31,492 nucleotides of DNA from a virus (Duplodnaviria > Caudoviricetes): positions 1 to 31,492 of IMG/VR virus record IMGVR_UViG_3300014309_000087; one strand, given 5' to 3'. Of this stretch, positions 15,541 through 24,446 are shown piece by piece. The notes beneath the pieces are model-generated. The model had not been told where the DNA came from, ran no database searches, and saw only the letters and a list, made by a program, of their open reading frames with translations. The translations under genes and the position numbers were made by a program. Positions within the stretch are counted from its first letter, which is position 1. Each line of letters begins with the position of its first letter.

Positions 15541-15575
15541 AATTATGAATTGGTTTTATCTGAAAAAGGGGTGTT

Positions 15576-16019
15576 GTGATGGATTTTAAGAAGATTATTG
15601 AAAGTCTCATTGCAGAGTTGAAGGACTCTCCTGAAAGTGTCGATGTGGATGCGGCCACGGCTACGCTTACTGAAGTGCTGGAAGGGCTTGAAACACAAAG
15701 CTCGGAACTGGCAGAACTGAAAAAAAGCGGCGAAAAGGTTGTTGCGCTCGAACAGGAGATTGCCGGATACAAGACCCTTGAGACCCAGTTACGCGCAACG
15801 ATTACGGGAAAGATCGAGCTTCTTTACGAAGAAGATACTCCGGCGAAGAGGGACATACTGAAGAGTCTCGAAACCAACGATATCCAGAAACTCGTTGAAA
15901 CAGGGAATTCGATTGAAAAGGAATTCCGCGAAAAGTGGACGGGCCCCGGGCGGAAGAAAAACATCGGCGGGGAGAAGGCGAATGTCGACATTAAAAATTA
16001 CACATCTGGGGGACATTGA
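15576..16019 (+). CDS. Putative capsid scaffolding protein
   Basis: Acidic, helical/coiled-coil 147 aa; two genes upstream of the major capsid gene. Confidence 0.55.
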   Translation: MMDFKKIIESLIAELKDSPESVDVDAATATLTEVLEGLETQSSELAELKKSGEKVVALEQEIAGYKTLETQLRATITGKIELLYEEDTPAKRDILKSLETNDIQKLVETGNSIEKEFREKWTGPGRKKNIGGEKANVDIKNYTSGGH

Positions 16020-16447
16020 TGGGTGCGAATGTAATTGACAATGCAGGGGTTGGAAAAGTTGAAATGACTTTTGAAAACCTCACAACGACGGTAACGGCGG
16101 GGAGACCGATAACGCAGGCCGATCTTGACGCCGGAAGGGATGCGGTTGCGCTGCTTGGAAACAAGATTGTCGGCATTGCGACAACGATAAAGGCATGCTT
16201 TGGAAAGGCTCTTGCCGTTGGAAACGAACTGACCAGCAAAGGCAAGCCGAAAAGGGTTGTCGTCCAGACGGGCGGTTGTATGCTGTTGAACGGAACAACG
16301 ACATTGCCGACAATCGTATCAACGATAGCGACAAAGGGAGGTAAGGTTGAAGCGGTTGCCGGCACGACGGCAAAGGCATTCAATGTGTTCAGACAGCCTA
16401 CGGTGATTGAAGTGTGGGACACCGACAAGGTGAACGTCATTTTTTAG
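16016..16447 (+). CDS. Putative capsid decoration/cement protein
   Basis: Small Gly/Thr/Val-rich beta protein directly upstream of the capsid gene. Confidence 0.55.
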   Translation: MMGANVIDNAGVGKVEMTFENLTTTVTAGRPITQADLDAGRDAVALLGNKIVGIATTIKACFGKALAVGNELTSKGKPKRVVVQTGGCMLLNGTTTLPTIVSTIATKGGKVEAVAGTTAKAFNVFRQPTVIEVWDTDKVNVIF

Positions 16448-16507
16448 TAAGGCGTCGCTCATTACACGGGCAGGTGAATTGAAAACAAACGAAGAACGGA
16501 GAGAAAG

Positions 16508-17614
16508 ATGCTGGATCTTCTAAAAGCAAAAAAGACGGCTGAAGATTTCAAAAAATTCGATAGCGACCCAAAGGGGCTTTATATCGAATGTGAAAAAAGA
16601 CATATGACCCTGACGGCATATCTTGAAACAATGGACCCGACGGAATTGAATATGGAAGGGCGACCGGCAGAAGGGCATGATGCATTTGACCGGTTGATGA
16701 TGGCGAAAGACATACGGCTATCGGGGCAGAATGCTTTTACGCTTGATCAGTTGATGGCAACCGGCAACGAGATGCTCGCTCCTGAACTCATCAAGAGGGA
16801 AGTTGAACATGGGATGGCCATATCGGCGGCAAATTACAAGAATTTGATAGCAACCGAGGTGATGACCAACCAGGCAACGGATCATCCTATTTATCTGCCG
16901 GATCTGAATCTTGATACGGTAAAAAACAGGAAAGAAAAATCACTGGCGGTCAGGGCGTCGACAAACAAGGGCGGGGAATTTCCGGTATTCAGTCTTCGAC
17001 ATCGCGAAAAAGATGTGATGATCGGCGATTATGGAAGGGCAATCGAAGCCCCGTATTCAATGTTGAAAGGGCGGGCGTGGCCGGAACTGAGAGTTTTTTT
17101 CTGGTTGCTTGGTGCGCAAATTGCCGCAGACAAGGTGTATGATATTTACCTACTTGGCGTAAATGGCGACGGTACTGTCGGGGCGGCCACGGACATGTTC
17201 AACGGGACATCGGGAGCATTAACATATAAAGATCTGGTACATGCATATTCCGGGTTTGGCGATCCTTTCCAGCTGAATGCCTTCATCTGTCCGCAGGTAT
17301 CGTATGAAGCAATATTGACCATGGCGCAATTCACTGACCCGAACATGGGCTGGGAGTTCCAGAAAACCGGCAAACCGGTTACGCCGATGGGTGCTATTGT
17401 ACAGAAGGTTGGTGCAACGCCCGGTGGAACACCGACGGGAACAGTCATTGTATGTCTGGATAAAAGGTTTGCCGTGAAACAGGTGAGCTCACAAAATCTT
17501 ATGGTTGAAGCGGAAAAAATCATCGAACGGAAATTCGAAAAAGCGGTGATTTCCGAAGAGACTGCATTCACCATTATTGCTGATGGAGCAATAAAACAGT
17601 TGATCTGGACCTAA
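16508..17614 (+). CDS. Major capsid protein (HK97 fold, inferred)
   Basis: 368 aa; L.PELI.REV..G, GGEFP, YGRAIE..Y, LDKRFAV.QV..Q.L.VE.EKII..KFE..VISE...F; strong SD; downstream stem-loop. Confidence 0.8.
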   Translation: MLDLLKAKKTAEDFKKFDSDPKGLYIECEKRHMTLTAYLETMDPTELNMEGRPAEGHDAFDRLMMAKDIRLSGQNAFTLDQLMATGNEMLAPELIKREVEHGMAISAANYKNLIATEVMTNQATDHPIYLPDLNLDTVKNRKEKSLAVRASTNKGGEFPVFSLRHREKDVMIGDYGRAIEAPYSMLKGRAWPELRVFFWLLGAQIAADKVYDIYLLGVNGDGTVGAATDMFNGTSGALTYKDLVHAYSGFGDPFQLNAFICPQVSYEAILTMAQFTDPNMGWEFQKTGKPVTPMGAIVQKVGATPGGTPTGTVIVCLDKRFAVKQVSSQNLMVEAEKIIERKFEKAVISEETAFTIIADGAIKQLIWT

Positions 17615-17650
17615 TATAAGTGCAAGACCAAAAATTAGGTAGTGCCTCTA

Positions 17651-17689
17651 AGGGTGGACCGGTGGGCGATCGCCGGTCTACCTTACTTT
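17651..17689 (+). terminator. Stem-loop / partial terminator after the capsid gene
   Basis: ggtggaccggtg 17653-17664 pairs with cgccggtctacc 17671-17682 (two G-U), then ttacttt. Confidence 0.55.
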
Positions 17690-17712
17690 AAACCATAAAA
17701 AGGATTCGAACC

Positions 17713-18117
17713 ATGGGTGATGGAGTAACAATACCAAGATCATATGCCGGATCGATCGGTGCTGCCGATGTGACCAATTGCATAAAAAGGAAAGTGATCG
17801 TTGTCGGGATGGGGACAACGGGAAAATTGCTTGGAAATTCGACAACAGGGTTTAATTTCCAGCGGGGGCAGATCCTTGAAAAGGTGACCTTGTCATGCCT
17901 TAAGGCGGGAACAACGGCATGTACGATGTCGGTAATGAAAAACGGATCGACTGCCGCTTCTTCCACGATGGGAACGACTGCAGGGTGGCACAACAAGGAA
18001 GTGACCCCGACGATTGCAAGCTTTACAAACACCGACAACCTCTGGTTGTATACGGCTTCGTTTGGCGCTGCGACCAAAATACGGGTGGTGCTTGAATTCC
18101 GGGAGGCTGTCGAGTAA
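17713..18117 (+). CDS. Putative virion structural protein
   Basis: Thr/Gly/Ala-rich beta protein following the capsid gene. Confidence 0.55.
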   Translation: MGDGVTIPRSYAGSIGAADVTNCIKRKVIVVGMGTTGKLLGNSTTGFNFQRGQILEKVTLSCLKAGTTACTMSVMKNGSTAASSTMGTTAGWHNKEVTPTIASFTNTDNLWLYTASFGAATKIRVVLEFREAVE

Positions 18118-18217
18118 AGATTGGTTGTTTGATGGGCAGGGGAGCTGCGTACCCCGGTGTAATGCACGCAGGCATAACGGGCCGCGTTCCCTTGCTTTTT
18201 AAAAGGGGGCGCGGCCT

Positions 18218-19198
18218 TTGTTATTTACAAAAGAAAACATGAGATATTGCCTTTTGTCGTTTGCTGCATGGGAACCGAGATTTGCAAATGAATTTGCGAA
18301 GCAGGAAATACCGCTTTCGGGGCTGTTCAATTGGTCGATACTGTTCAATGGCGACCGGGCCTTCCCGCGGGCCCGGGAAGAATTCGAAAAATACAACTTA
18401 TTGCATGTAAACATAACGGCGAACAATATGAACCTGATACCGAAGCTGCTGCGGCAGATTGACCGGGAGAAGGTGAAACTGGTGTTCAATGTAGACTATG
18501 CCATAGAACTGTGGGGGGCGAATCTCCGTTTTCCCGAAATGCTGTGGCACATTCTTGATATGGCTGATTACCTGTTTGCCGTTGAGGAACAGATGGCGCA
18601 AATAATGAGCATGGCGCTCACAAGAAACGTTGCCTGCATTCCGCACCCGGTGAATATTGAAGCCCTGAAAAAGTTGCGGACAACGGAACGTCTACCGCTG
18701 ATCGGCGCTTTACACCATGGATATGACGGCAATATTGTGTTGCCGTCGATAGCGATAAATGAAGCGATAGCGGAACTGCGGCCGAAATGGCGATCGGCTG
18801 CGCTTGGCGGCGTGGCGACCGAAACCAGTTACGGACACCTGTATGATCACTTCGTGCCGGCGATAAAAGATTTTGCGGTATACGCAAAATTGCTTTCCGA
18901 GTATTACGCGATCATTGAAAGTTACACGATGCATTCATACGGGCGGACAACGATCGAGTGCGCGGCAATGGGCGTACCCGTGATCGGGTCGGATCTGGTT
19001 TCATCACAGCGGCGATGTTTTCCGCAGCTTGCAACCGGGACAAATGACATAGCCGGCGCCGCGCGGAGATTGAAGGAATTGATAAAAAATCCGGAGTACT
19101 GGACTGCGGTGACAAAAACGGCCATGGCAGAAGCGGAATATTATTCCTTTGAAAATTGTGAAAAAATGATGCTTGATTTATTAAATGGGGGTGATTGA
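18218..19198 (+). CDS. GT-B fold glycosyltransferase (GT4-like)
   Basis: IPHPVN linker; HSYGRTTIECAAMGVPVIGSD resembles the GT4 EX7E region; C-terminal YYSFEN helix. Confidence 0.8.
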   Translation: MLFTKENMRYCLLSFAAWEPRFANEFAKQEIPLSGLFNWSILFNGDRAFPRAREEFEKYNLLHVNITANNMNLIPKLLRQIDREKVKLVFNVDYAIELWGANLRFPEMLWHILDMADYLFAVEEQMAQIMSMALTRNVACIPHPVNIEALKKLRTTERLPLIGALHHGYDGNIVLPSIAINEAIAELRPKWRSAALGGVATETSYGHLYDHFVPAIKDFAVYAKLLSEYYAIIESYTMHSYGRTTIECAAMGVPVIGSDLVSSQRRCFPQLATGTNDIAGAARRLKELIKNPEYWTAVTKTAMAEAEYYSFENCEKMMLDLLNGGD

Positions 19199-19683
19199 TG
19201 GATTACGACAATGCAGGGAAGGGGTGTGAATCGGTTTCGCAACTTGACACGACGGTAATAGCCAGAAACATAGGCGATCGGGTTGCCGCCGACGGGACAA
19301 GGGACGTCGGATTGCTGCAGCTGCTTAACATGATACAGATGGACGTGAGAAACGGGGGAATAACTCCGGGCGAAGTTATTGTACGGGAAGGAGCAGGGGC
19401 GGTCACCGGCGAAAGAATCCTGTTTTGTCCGGCAGGATCGAGAATCATCATATACGACTGCCGGCTGGCCGGCGCTGCGACCGGCGCCGCGACGTTTGAA
19501 GACCAGGATGGAAACGCGGTTTTTGCCGGGGTCTACATCGACGCCGGGGCGATCATAGCCGGAGGGTTCAGCTCGGCAAGAGGGATTTTTCTCCCTGCGG
19601 GAAAAAGTATTTATTTGACGGTGACCGTTGCGGCTGCCTGGGTGATGCATCTGTCCTATGCAATGGTGCCGACTATTGTATGA
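19195..19683 (+). CDS. Putative virion structural protein
   Basis: Gly/Ala-rich, C-terminal beta-sandwich-like; translationally coupled within the structural operon. Confidence 0.55.
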   Translation: MMDYDNAGKGCESVSQLDTTVIARNIGDRVAADGTRDVGLLQLLNMIQMDVRNGGITPGEVIVREGAGAVTGERILFCPAGSRIIIYDCRLAGAATGAATFEDQDGNAVFAGVYIDAGAIIAGGFSSARGIFLPAGKSIYLTVTVAAAWVMHLSYAMVPTIV

Positions 19684-19985
19684 TGCAGATGGGAATTGCA
19701 GAAGTGACCGTATGCGTCGCGGCCGGTTCGGCTGCGCTTGGGTATATTGGACACCTCTTTACACCCAAACTTGTCGATATGATCGCCGGCGGAAAAAAGG
19801 CGAAGGTTGAATTTGTCAAAAAAGAAGAGCATGAAATACAGTGCAGGAGAGTGCACGAACTGATAGGGTACCTTTCTGTAGACCTGAAAGGCATTCATGA
19901 CGAAGTACGATGGTTACGGGCGGTGACCGTTGTGCAGACGCCGAAAGAAATAATTGACAAGGCAAACGAGATAGTCGGGACATAA
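19680..19985 (+). CDS. Single-TM membrane protein with coiled coil (possible holin)
   Basis: N-terminal TM then V...EHEIQC.RV...LSVDLKGIHDEVRWL; directly before TerS. Confidence 0.45.
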   Translation: MMQMGIAEVTVCVAAGSAALGYIGHLFTPKLVDMIAGGKKAKVEFVKKEEHEIQCRRVHELIGYLSVDLKGIHDEVRWLRAVTVVQTPKEIIDKANEIVGT

Positions 19986-20027
19986 TGAACGCAACTTCAG
20001 GTTGCTTTAAGCAACAATAGGGAACCC

Positions 20028-20762
20028 ATGCCTTTCCGCGATCAGCCAAAATGCAAGATATGCAAGTCGATACACCGGCCCGATATCGACAAGATGCTCC
20101 ACGCGAATGAAAACTACGGAAAAATAGTTGATTGGGCGCGAAAGCGCGGTCTTGACATCAACAAGCATAATCTGACCCGTCATAAACAGCGGCACACGAA
20201 AATAACCGATGATGAGATAGAAGCAAAATTACAGGAACAGCGCATCGATGCGGAGAAAAAAATTGCCGCAAAAGAGGCCGAAGGCGACGTTGTTCAAAAA
20301 TATGTCGCCGCTGCAACGGTGCTCGAAGAGATTGTCAACAAGGTATATGCGGGTATTCAGGACAAGACGCTGACGCCGACGATCGACAATGGGCTGAAGG
20401 CGATCGAACTGCAGGCCAGGTTGAAAGACGGCCACGGGATGGAATCGCAGATACTCGAATTCATGATGGAATTTACGCGGGAACCCGGAGAGATAAAACA
20501 GACAACAGGGTTGAGGATAATAACATCGCGCGACCGGCCGGACGGCATTGTGAACGGGCTGGAAGAGATAACCGGGGCGCGAATACGAACCGGTCTTGAT
20601 GCGGTGACACGGGCGGAAATGGGAGAAGGACACGTACAGAATCCGGCAAAGAATAAGGAAATATATGAAAAACCGATGCCGACGGTTGATACGACATTGC
20701 CGGCGATAAAACAAATTGCGGTGCAGGGAAATTTGTTCGGCGAAACTGGCGGGATGGACTAA
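20028..20762 (+). CDS. Putative terminase small subunit
   Basis: CKIC.S.HR..ID.ML...Y..I..W...G...NL.RHK.RH HTH-type N-terminus; stop overlaps the TerL start. Confidence 0.65.
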   Translation: MPFRDQPKCKICKSIHRPDIDKMLHANENYGKIVDWARKRGLDINKHNLTRHKQRHTKITDDEIEAKLQEQRIDAEKKIAAKEAEGDVVQKYVAAATVLEEIVNKVYAGIQDKTLTPTIDNGLKAIELQARLKDGHGMESQILEFMMEFTREPGEIKQTTGLRIITSRDRPDGIVNGLEEITGARIRTGLDAVTRAEMGEGHVQNPAKNKEIYEKPMPTVDTTLPAIKQIAVQGNLFGETGGMD

Positions 20763-22165
20763 TGGAAATCATCATAAAACCGAGTGTAAAGGATATGCTT
20801 TTACGTGGTTTTAACGATATTACGTACTTCGTGCGTGAGCTATTGGAGGAAGATTTGCACGAAGAGCAGGAAAAATGGCTGAAAAACTCGTTGTATACGC
20901 GATATTCTTTCATTCGTGCGGGCAACCGGTGGGGAAAAGGCGACTGTGGCATGTTCAAGGGGGCGTATCTGGCGTTTTACAAGCCGGTTTCAAAACGGTT
21001 CAAAGGGAAAAAGGTGCACCTGCTGAACACCTCTATTTCACAGGATCAGGCAAATATCATTCTGAACAAATTTGAAGAACGGCTACTTGATAAAAAATAT
21101 TTTTCATGGTTGATAACAGGGGTGAAATATATCCCCTTTCCCCACATCATCTTTAAGAATAACGTTGTATGGTGGTTCAGGAATGCAACGCTTGGGGGAA
21201 AATATCTGGAAGGCCGGTCGTATTACTGGACGAATTTCGATGAAGCGGATTTGCAACCGGATCTTGCCGGGTTGATCGAAAAAATAATTGAGCCACGAAC
21301 ATGGGATATGAACGGGTTCATCGATATAATGACCACTCCGCGACGAGGAAAAAAGAATTCATATATCCTCTGGAAAAAATGGGAGGCGATTGCCGACAAT
21401 GGCGGGGTGTGTTTGATGAAGGGGGATTCGAGGAATAACAAATTTTTGCCGATCGAGGCGATAGCCAGAATGAACAGCATGCCGACGCGGCTGCTGAACC
21501 AGAATGTGCTTGCCGAGTGGACCAGCGACGCCGGAGCATGGACGGACGACGCGATAGAGTATTCCAAAAACATAGCGACCGGAATAATTGAAAATCCGGT
21601 TCCCGGACATTTGTATGTCAAGGCATGGGATCTTGCCCGTTCTTCTACATGGTGTGTATGTGTCATCATCGACATCACAAAACCACATCAGATAGTGCAT
21701 TGTATACGGTTTCAGGAGAGTGCTGATAACAGGAATCCGGAATACTGGCGATTGGTTGAAGCGAAAATAAAGGTGGTACATAAACGATGGCCGGGAACGA
21801 CAGTGATCGATTTTACCGGAGTGGGGGATGTAGTGGGAAGCTACATTCAGAGCATCAACCCGGTAATGATCAAACTGAACGAACGATTGAAAGCGGATTT
21901 GATAACACACGGAGTCACTGAACTTGAGCATGGAAACGTGGGGTTGCCGCATATTGAACACGTAGCCAAAGACGGAACCGTGTGGCTTGCCGAAAATGAA
22001 GTAAGGGATTTTCAGGAAAATACGCATGGAATTATCTGGGATTTTGTTTGTGCATTATTCCTTGCGATGTGGGTTGCCGACGGAAAAGAGGCCGGGCGCA
22101 AGGAAAAAAAAGCGAGACCGGCGATAACAGGAGTACGGGGGGTATCGAAAAATGTGGCCGTTTAA
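20762..22165 (+). CDS. terL: Terminase large subunit
   Basis: Walker A AGNRWGKG, Walker B NFDEA, motif III MTTP, RNase H-like WDLARSST, ID.TGVGD, late DFVCAL. Confidence 0.9.
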   Translation: MEIIIKPSVKDMLLRGFNDITYFVRELLEEDLHEEQEKWLKNSLYTRYSFIRAGNRWGKGDCGMFKGAYLAFYKPVSKRFKGKKVHLLNTSISQDQANIILNKFEERLLDKKYFSWLITGVKYIPFPHIIFKNNVVWWFRNATLGGKYLEGRSYYWTNFDEADLQPDLAGLIEKIIEPRTWDMNGFIDIMTTPRRGKKNSYILWKKWEAIADNGGVCLMKGDSRNNKFLPIEAIARMNSMPTRLLNQNVLAEWTSDAGAWTDDAIEYSKNIATGIIENPVPGHLYVKAWDLARSSTWCVCVIIDITKPHQIVHCIRFQESADNRNPEYWRLVEAKIKVVHKRWPGTTVIDFTGVGDVVGSYIQSINPVMIKLNERLKADLITHGVTELEHGNVGLPHIEHVAKDGTVWLAENEVRDFQENTHGIIWDFVCALFLAMWVADGKEAGRKEKKARPAITGVRGVSKNVAV

Positions 22166-23441
22166 TAAAAACGAGGAAAAAAAAAGAGGGGAAAACAGGG
22201 TTGCAAGAACAGCCTTCAGGAAATATAAGAGCAAGTATGAAAAGGGAGGGCGGGAGATTGCAATTTATGAGGAGAAGCCAGGTAAAAAGGTTGAGCAGAA
22301 CAATACCCTTATCGATCGATCCCGACATCTGAAAGAGTTTTTTGCTGCGGTTACCCGTTACATACCTGCGGGAAAATCGGCAGTATGGACATGGAAAAAT
22401 CTCTGCATGTCGAATGCAAGAATAGTATATACCGGCGGAAGCGACAAACAAAAAGAGATGGCGGCAAAAGAAATTGAAATGCTCGGGAAGCGAATTTTTC
22501 CTATAAAGACATCGAAGGGAAACGGTTTTGACAAACTGCTTTCGGCATGGCTTACCGGAATATTCAGGTATGGACGGTTTGCAGGGAAGATTGAGTTGAT
22601 GCCTGGATTGAACGGCATAGAAAAGTTCAAAATCCTTGATGCATTCAAGGTGTATTTTGAAAAAGATACTTACGATGCTTATTATGCGGAGGACGGTTTC
22701 GAAGCAGTTGAGCAAAATAAAAATACCTTTTATTACTATGGACTTGATTCTGATAGTGAAAATCCCTATGGAATTGCACTGGTAGAAGCGGCGACGAAAT
22801 TAATGCAGATTGTCAATGAAATGTTTAACGACATGCGGCTGAGTTCTTCGAACGCCGGGACGCCGCGATTACATATAAAAATAACGCAACCGGAAATAAT
22901 GGAGGATGAAAACCTGAAGGATTACACGGAGCGGTGTAACAATTATTTTGGCGACACGGTCGATGGAATGGCGGAACTTGCTGCGGATGACAACATTTAC
23001 ACATGGGGTGACGTTGAAATAAAAACGGTAGGGGGTGAGAATTCACAAGGTTTTGTATGGAAGCAGAACCTGCAGAGCGTCCAGGAAGAATTGATAAGCG
23101 CCTATCATCTTTTCCCATGGATTATGGGAAAACAGTTCGGGACAACAAGAAACTGGGTAGCGGCCCAGTTTGACGTATTGATGCAGATGGTGCAAACGAT
23201 GCAGATGGAGGGGGCTGCTTTTATTGACTGGATATGTAATACGCATCTTGCATTGTGCGGATTGGCAGAAGTTAAAGTAACACGTGAGATGCAACCGCCG
23301 CGCGACATAGCCGCCAGGGACATGGCGATGGCGGAAAAAACACGGCTGGAGAATACGGAGAAGAAAATGAAACTTGGTTTTATGGAAGTGAAACAGGCAG
23401 CCAGGGAACACGGATATGAGATTGTTGAAAAAAAGGAGTAG
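22152..23441 (+). CDS. Portal protein
   Basis: 429 aa directly after TerL; ENPYG...EAA, G.PRLHIK, I.SA....P..MG, helical C-terminus. Confidence 0.8.
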   Translation: MWPFNKNEEKKRGENRVARTAFRKYKSKYEKGGREIAIYEEKPGKKVEQNNTLIDRSRHLKEFFAAVTRYIPAGKSAVWTWKNLCMSNARIVYTGGSDKQKEMAAKEIEMLGKRIFPIKTSKGNGFDKLLSAWLTGIFRYGRFAGKIELMPGLNGIEKFKILDAFKVYFEKDTYDAYYAEDGFEAVEQNKNTFYYYGLDSDSENPYGIALVEAATKLMQIVNEMFNDMRLSSSNAGTPRLHIKITQPEIMEDENLKDYTERCNNYFGDTVDGMAELAADDNIYTWGDVEIKTVGGENSQGFVWKQNLQSVQEELISAYHLFPWIMGKQFGTTRNWVAAQFDVLMQMVQTMQMEGAAFIDWICNTHLALCGLAEVKVTREMQPPRDIAARDMAMAEKTRLENTEKKMKLGFMEVKQAAREHGYEIVEKKE

Positions 23442-24446
23442 ATGATGCTGTCAAAAATAATTTCCGCATTACGGTTTCTTGGGTATCCGGAAGGGTTTAA
23501 AAATCCGAAAGGAGAAACCTGGGTAGTAAAAGTTTCAGCAGAAAGTAACGCGTGGCAAGGAATATGTTATGGCAACGGGCTTTTTGTGGCAGTAGCGCCG
23601 AGCGGAACACATAGGGTAATGACATCGCCGGATGGATATAACTGGACGGCAAGGACGGCAGCGGCGGCGAAAAGCTGGAGAAACGTTTGTTATGGAAACG
23701 GACTTTTTGTTGCGGTAGCAAGCGGGGCAGGAGCAAATGAAATAATGACCTCCCAGGATGGGTTGGTATGGACGCTACAGACAAATCCGGTGAGCCCGGC
23801 TACCTTTTATGGTATTTGCTATGGAGCGGGAATTTTTGTTGCAGTGGCCAATAGCGGGGCGGGAGACAGGGTAATGACGTCGCCCGACGGCATTACCTGG
23901 ACATTGAGAACAGAAGCGGTGGCAAATGCATGGTATAATGTATGCTTTGGAAACGGTCTTTTTGTTGCGGTGGCCGGAAGCGGAACAGGAAACCGGGTGA
24001 TGACATCGACTGATGGGATTACCTGGACTGCAAGAACATCGGCTGGAGATTACACATGGCTTTCTGTTTGTTATGCAAACGGTTTTTTTGTGGCAGTTAA
24101 TTATGATGGAAATGATGAGCAGGTAATGAAATCTGCCGACGGGATTATTTGGGAAATTGTAGAGGTGCCATATGAAGCTGGTGTTAAAGACTACTTATTG
24201 AAAGGCATTTGCTACGGAGAGGGTATTTTTATTGCAGTTAGTGGACGAGAAGGGGTTGGAGACAACAAGGTATTAAAAACAACGGATCTTCAAAACTGGA
24301 TTGAATGCGACGTCGCGATAGACCAGGACTGGAGAAACTGTTGTTACGGCAACGGAGTATTTGTCGCCTGCTCTGTGACAACTACCGCAAACAGGGTACA
24401 GGTATCCGGGAGACAGGAAATACCAAATCTTGGACTGGGGGGATAA
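23442..24446 (+). CDS. Seven-bladed beta-propeller repeat protein (putative adhesin)
   Basis: Seven copies of about 43 aa W.x.x.VCYGNG.FVAV...VMTS.DG..WT (Asp-box-like S.DG..W). Confidence 0.85.
   Translation: MMLSKIISALRFLGYPEGFKNPKGETWVVKVSAESNAWQGICYGNGLFVAVAPSGTHRVMTSPDGYNWTARTAAAAKSWRNVCYGNGLFVAVASGAGANEIMTSQDGLVWTLQTNPVSPATFYGICYGAGIFVAVANSGAGDRVMTSPDGITWTLRTEAVANAWYNVCFGNGLFVAVAGSGTGNRVMTSTDGITWTARTSAGDYTWLSVCYANGFFVAVNYDGNDEQVMKSADGIIWEIVEVPYEAGVKDYLLKGICYGEGIFIAVSGREGVGDNKVLKTTDLQNWIECDVAIDQDWRNCCYGNGVFVACSVTTTANRVQVSGRQEIPNLGLGG

Noticed and set aside
18135-18200. Possible tRNA or riboswitch before the glycosyltransferase
   Set aside because: Stems exist (gcaggggagc/gttcccttgc, ctgcgt/acgcag) followed by Ts, but there is no T-loop/D-loop consensus; probably a terminator-like or stabilising structure that I cannot assign.
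16445-23441. Stop-codon reassignment (TAG or TGA)
   Set aside because: Conserved genes are full length in the standard code; TAG at 16445 is followed by TAA, and genes after TAG stops have their own SD and ATG.
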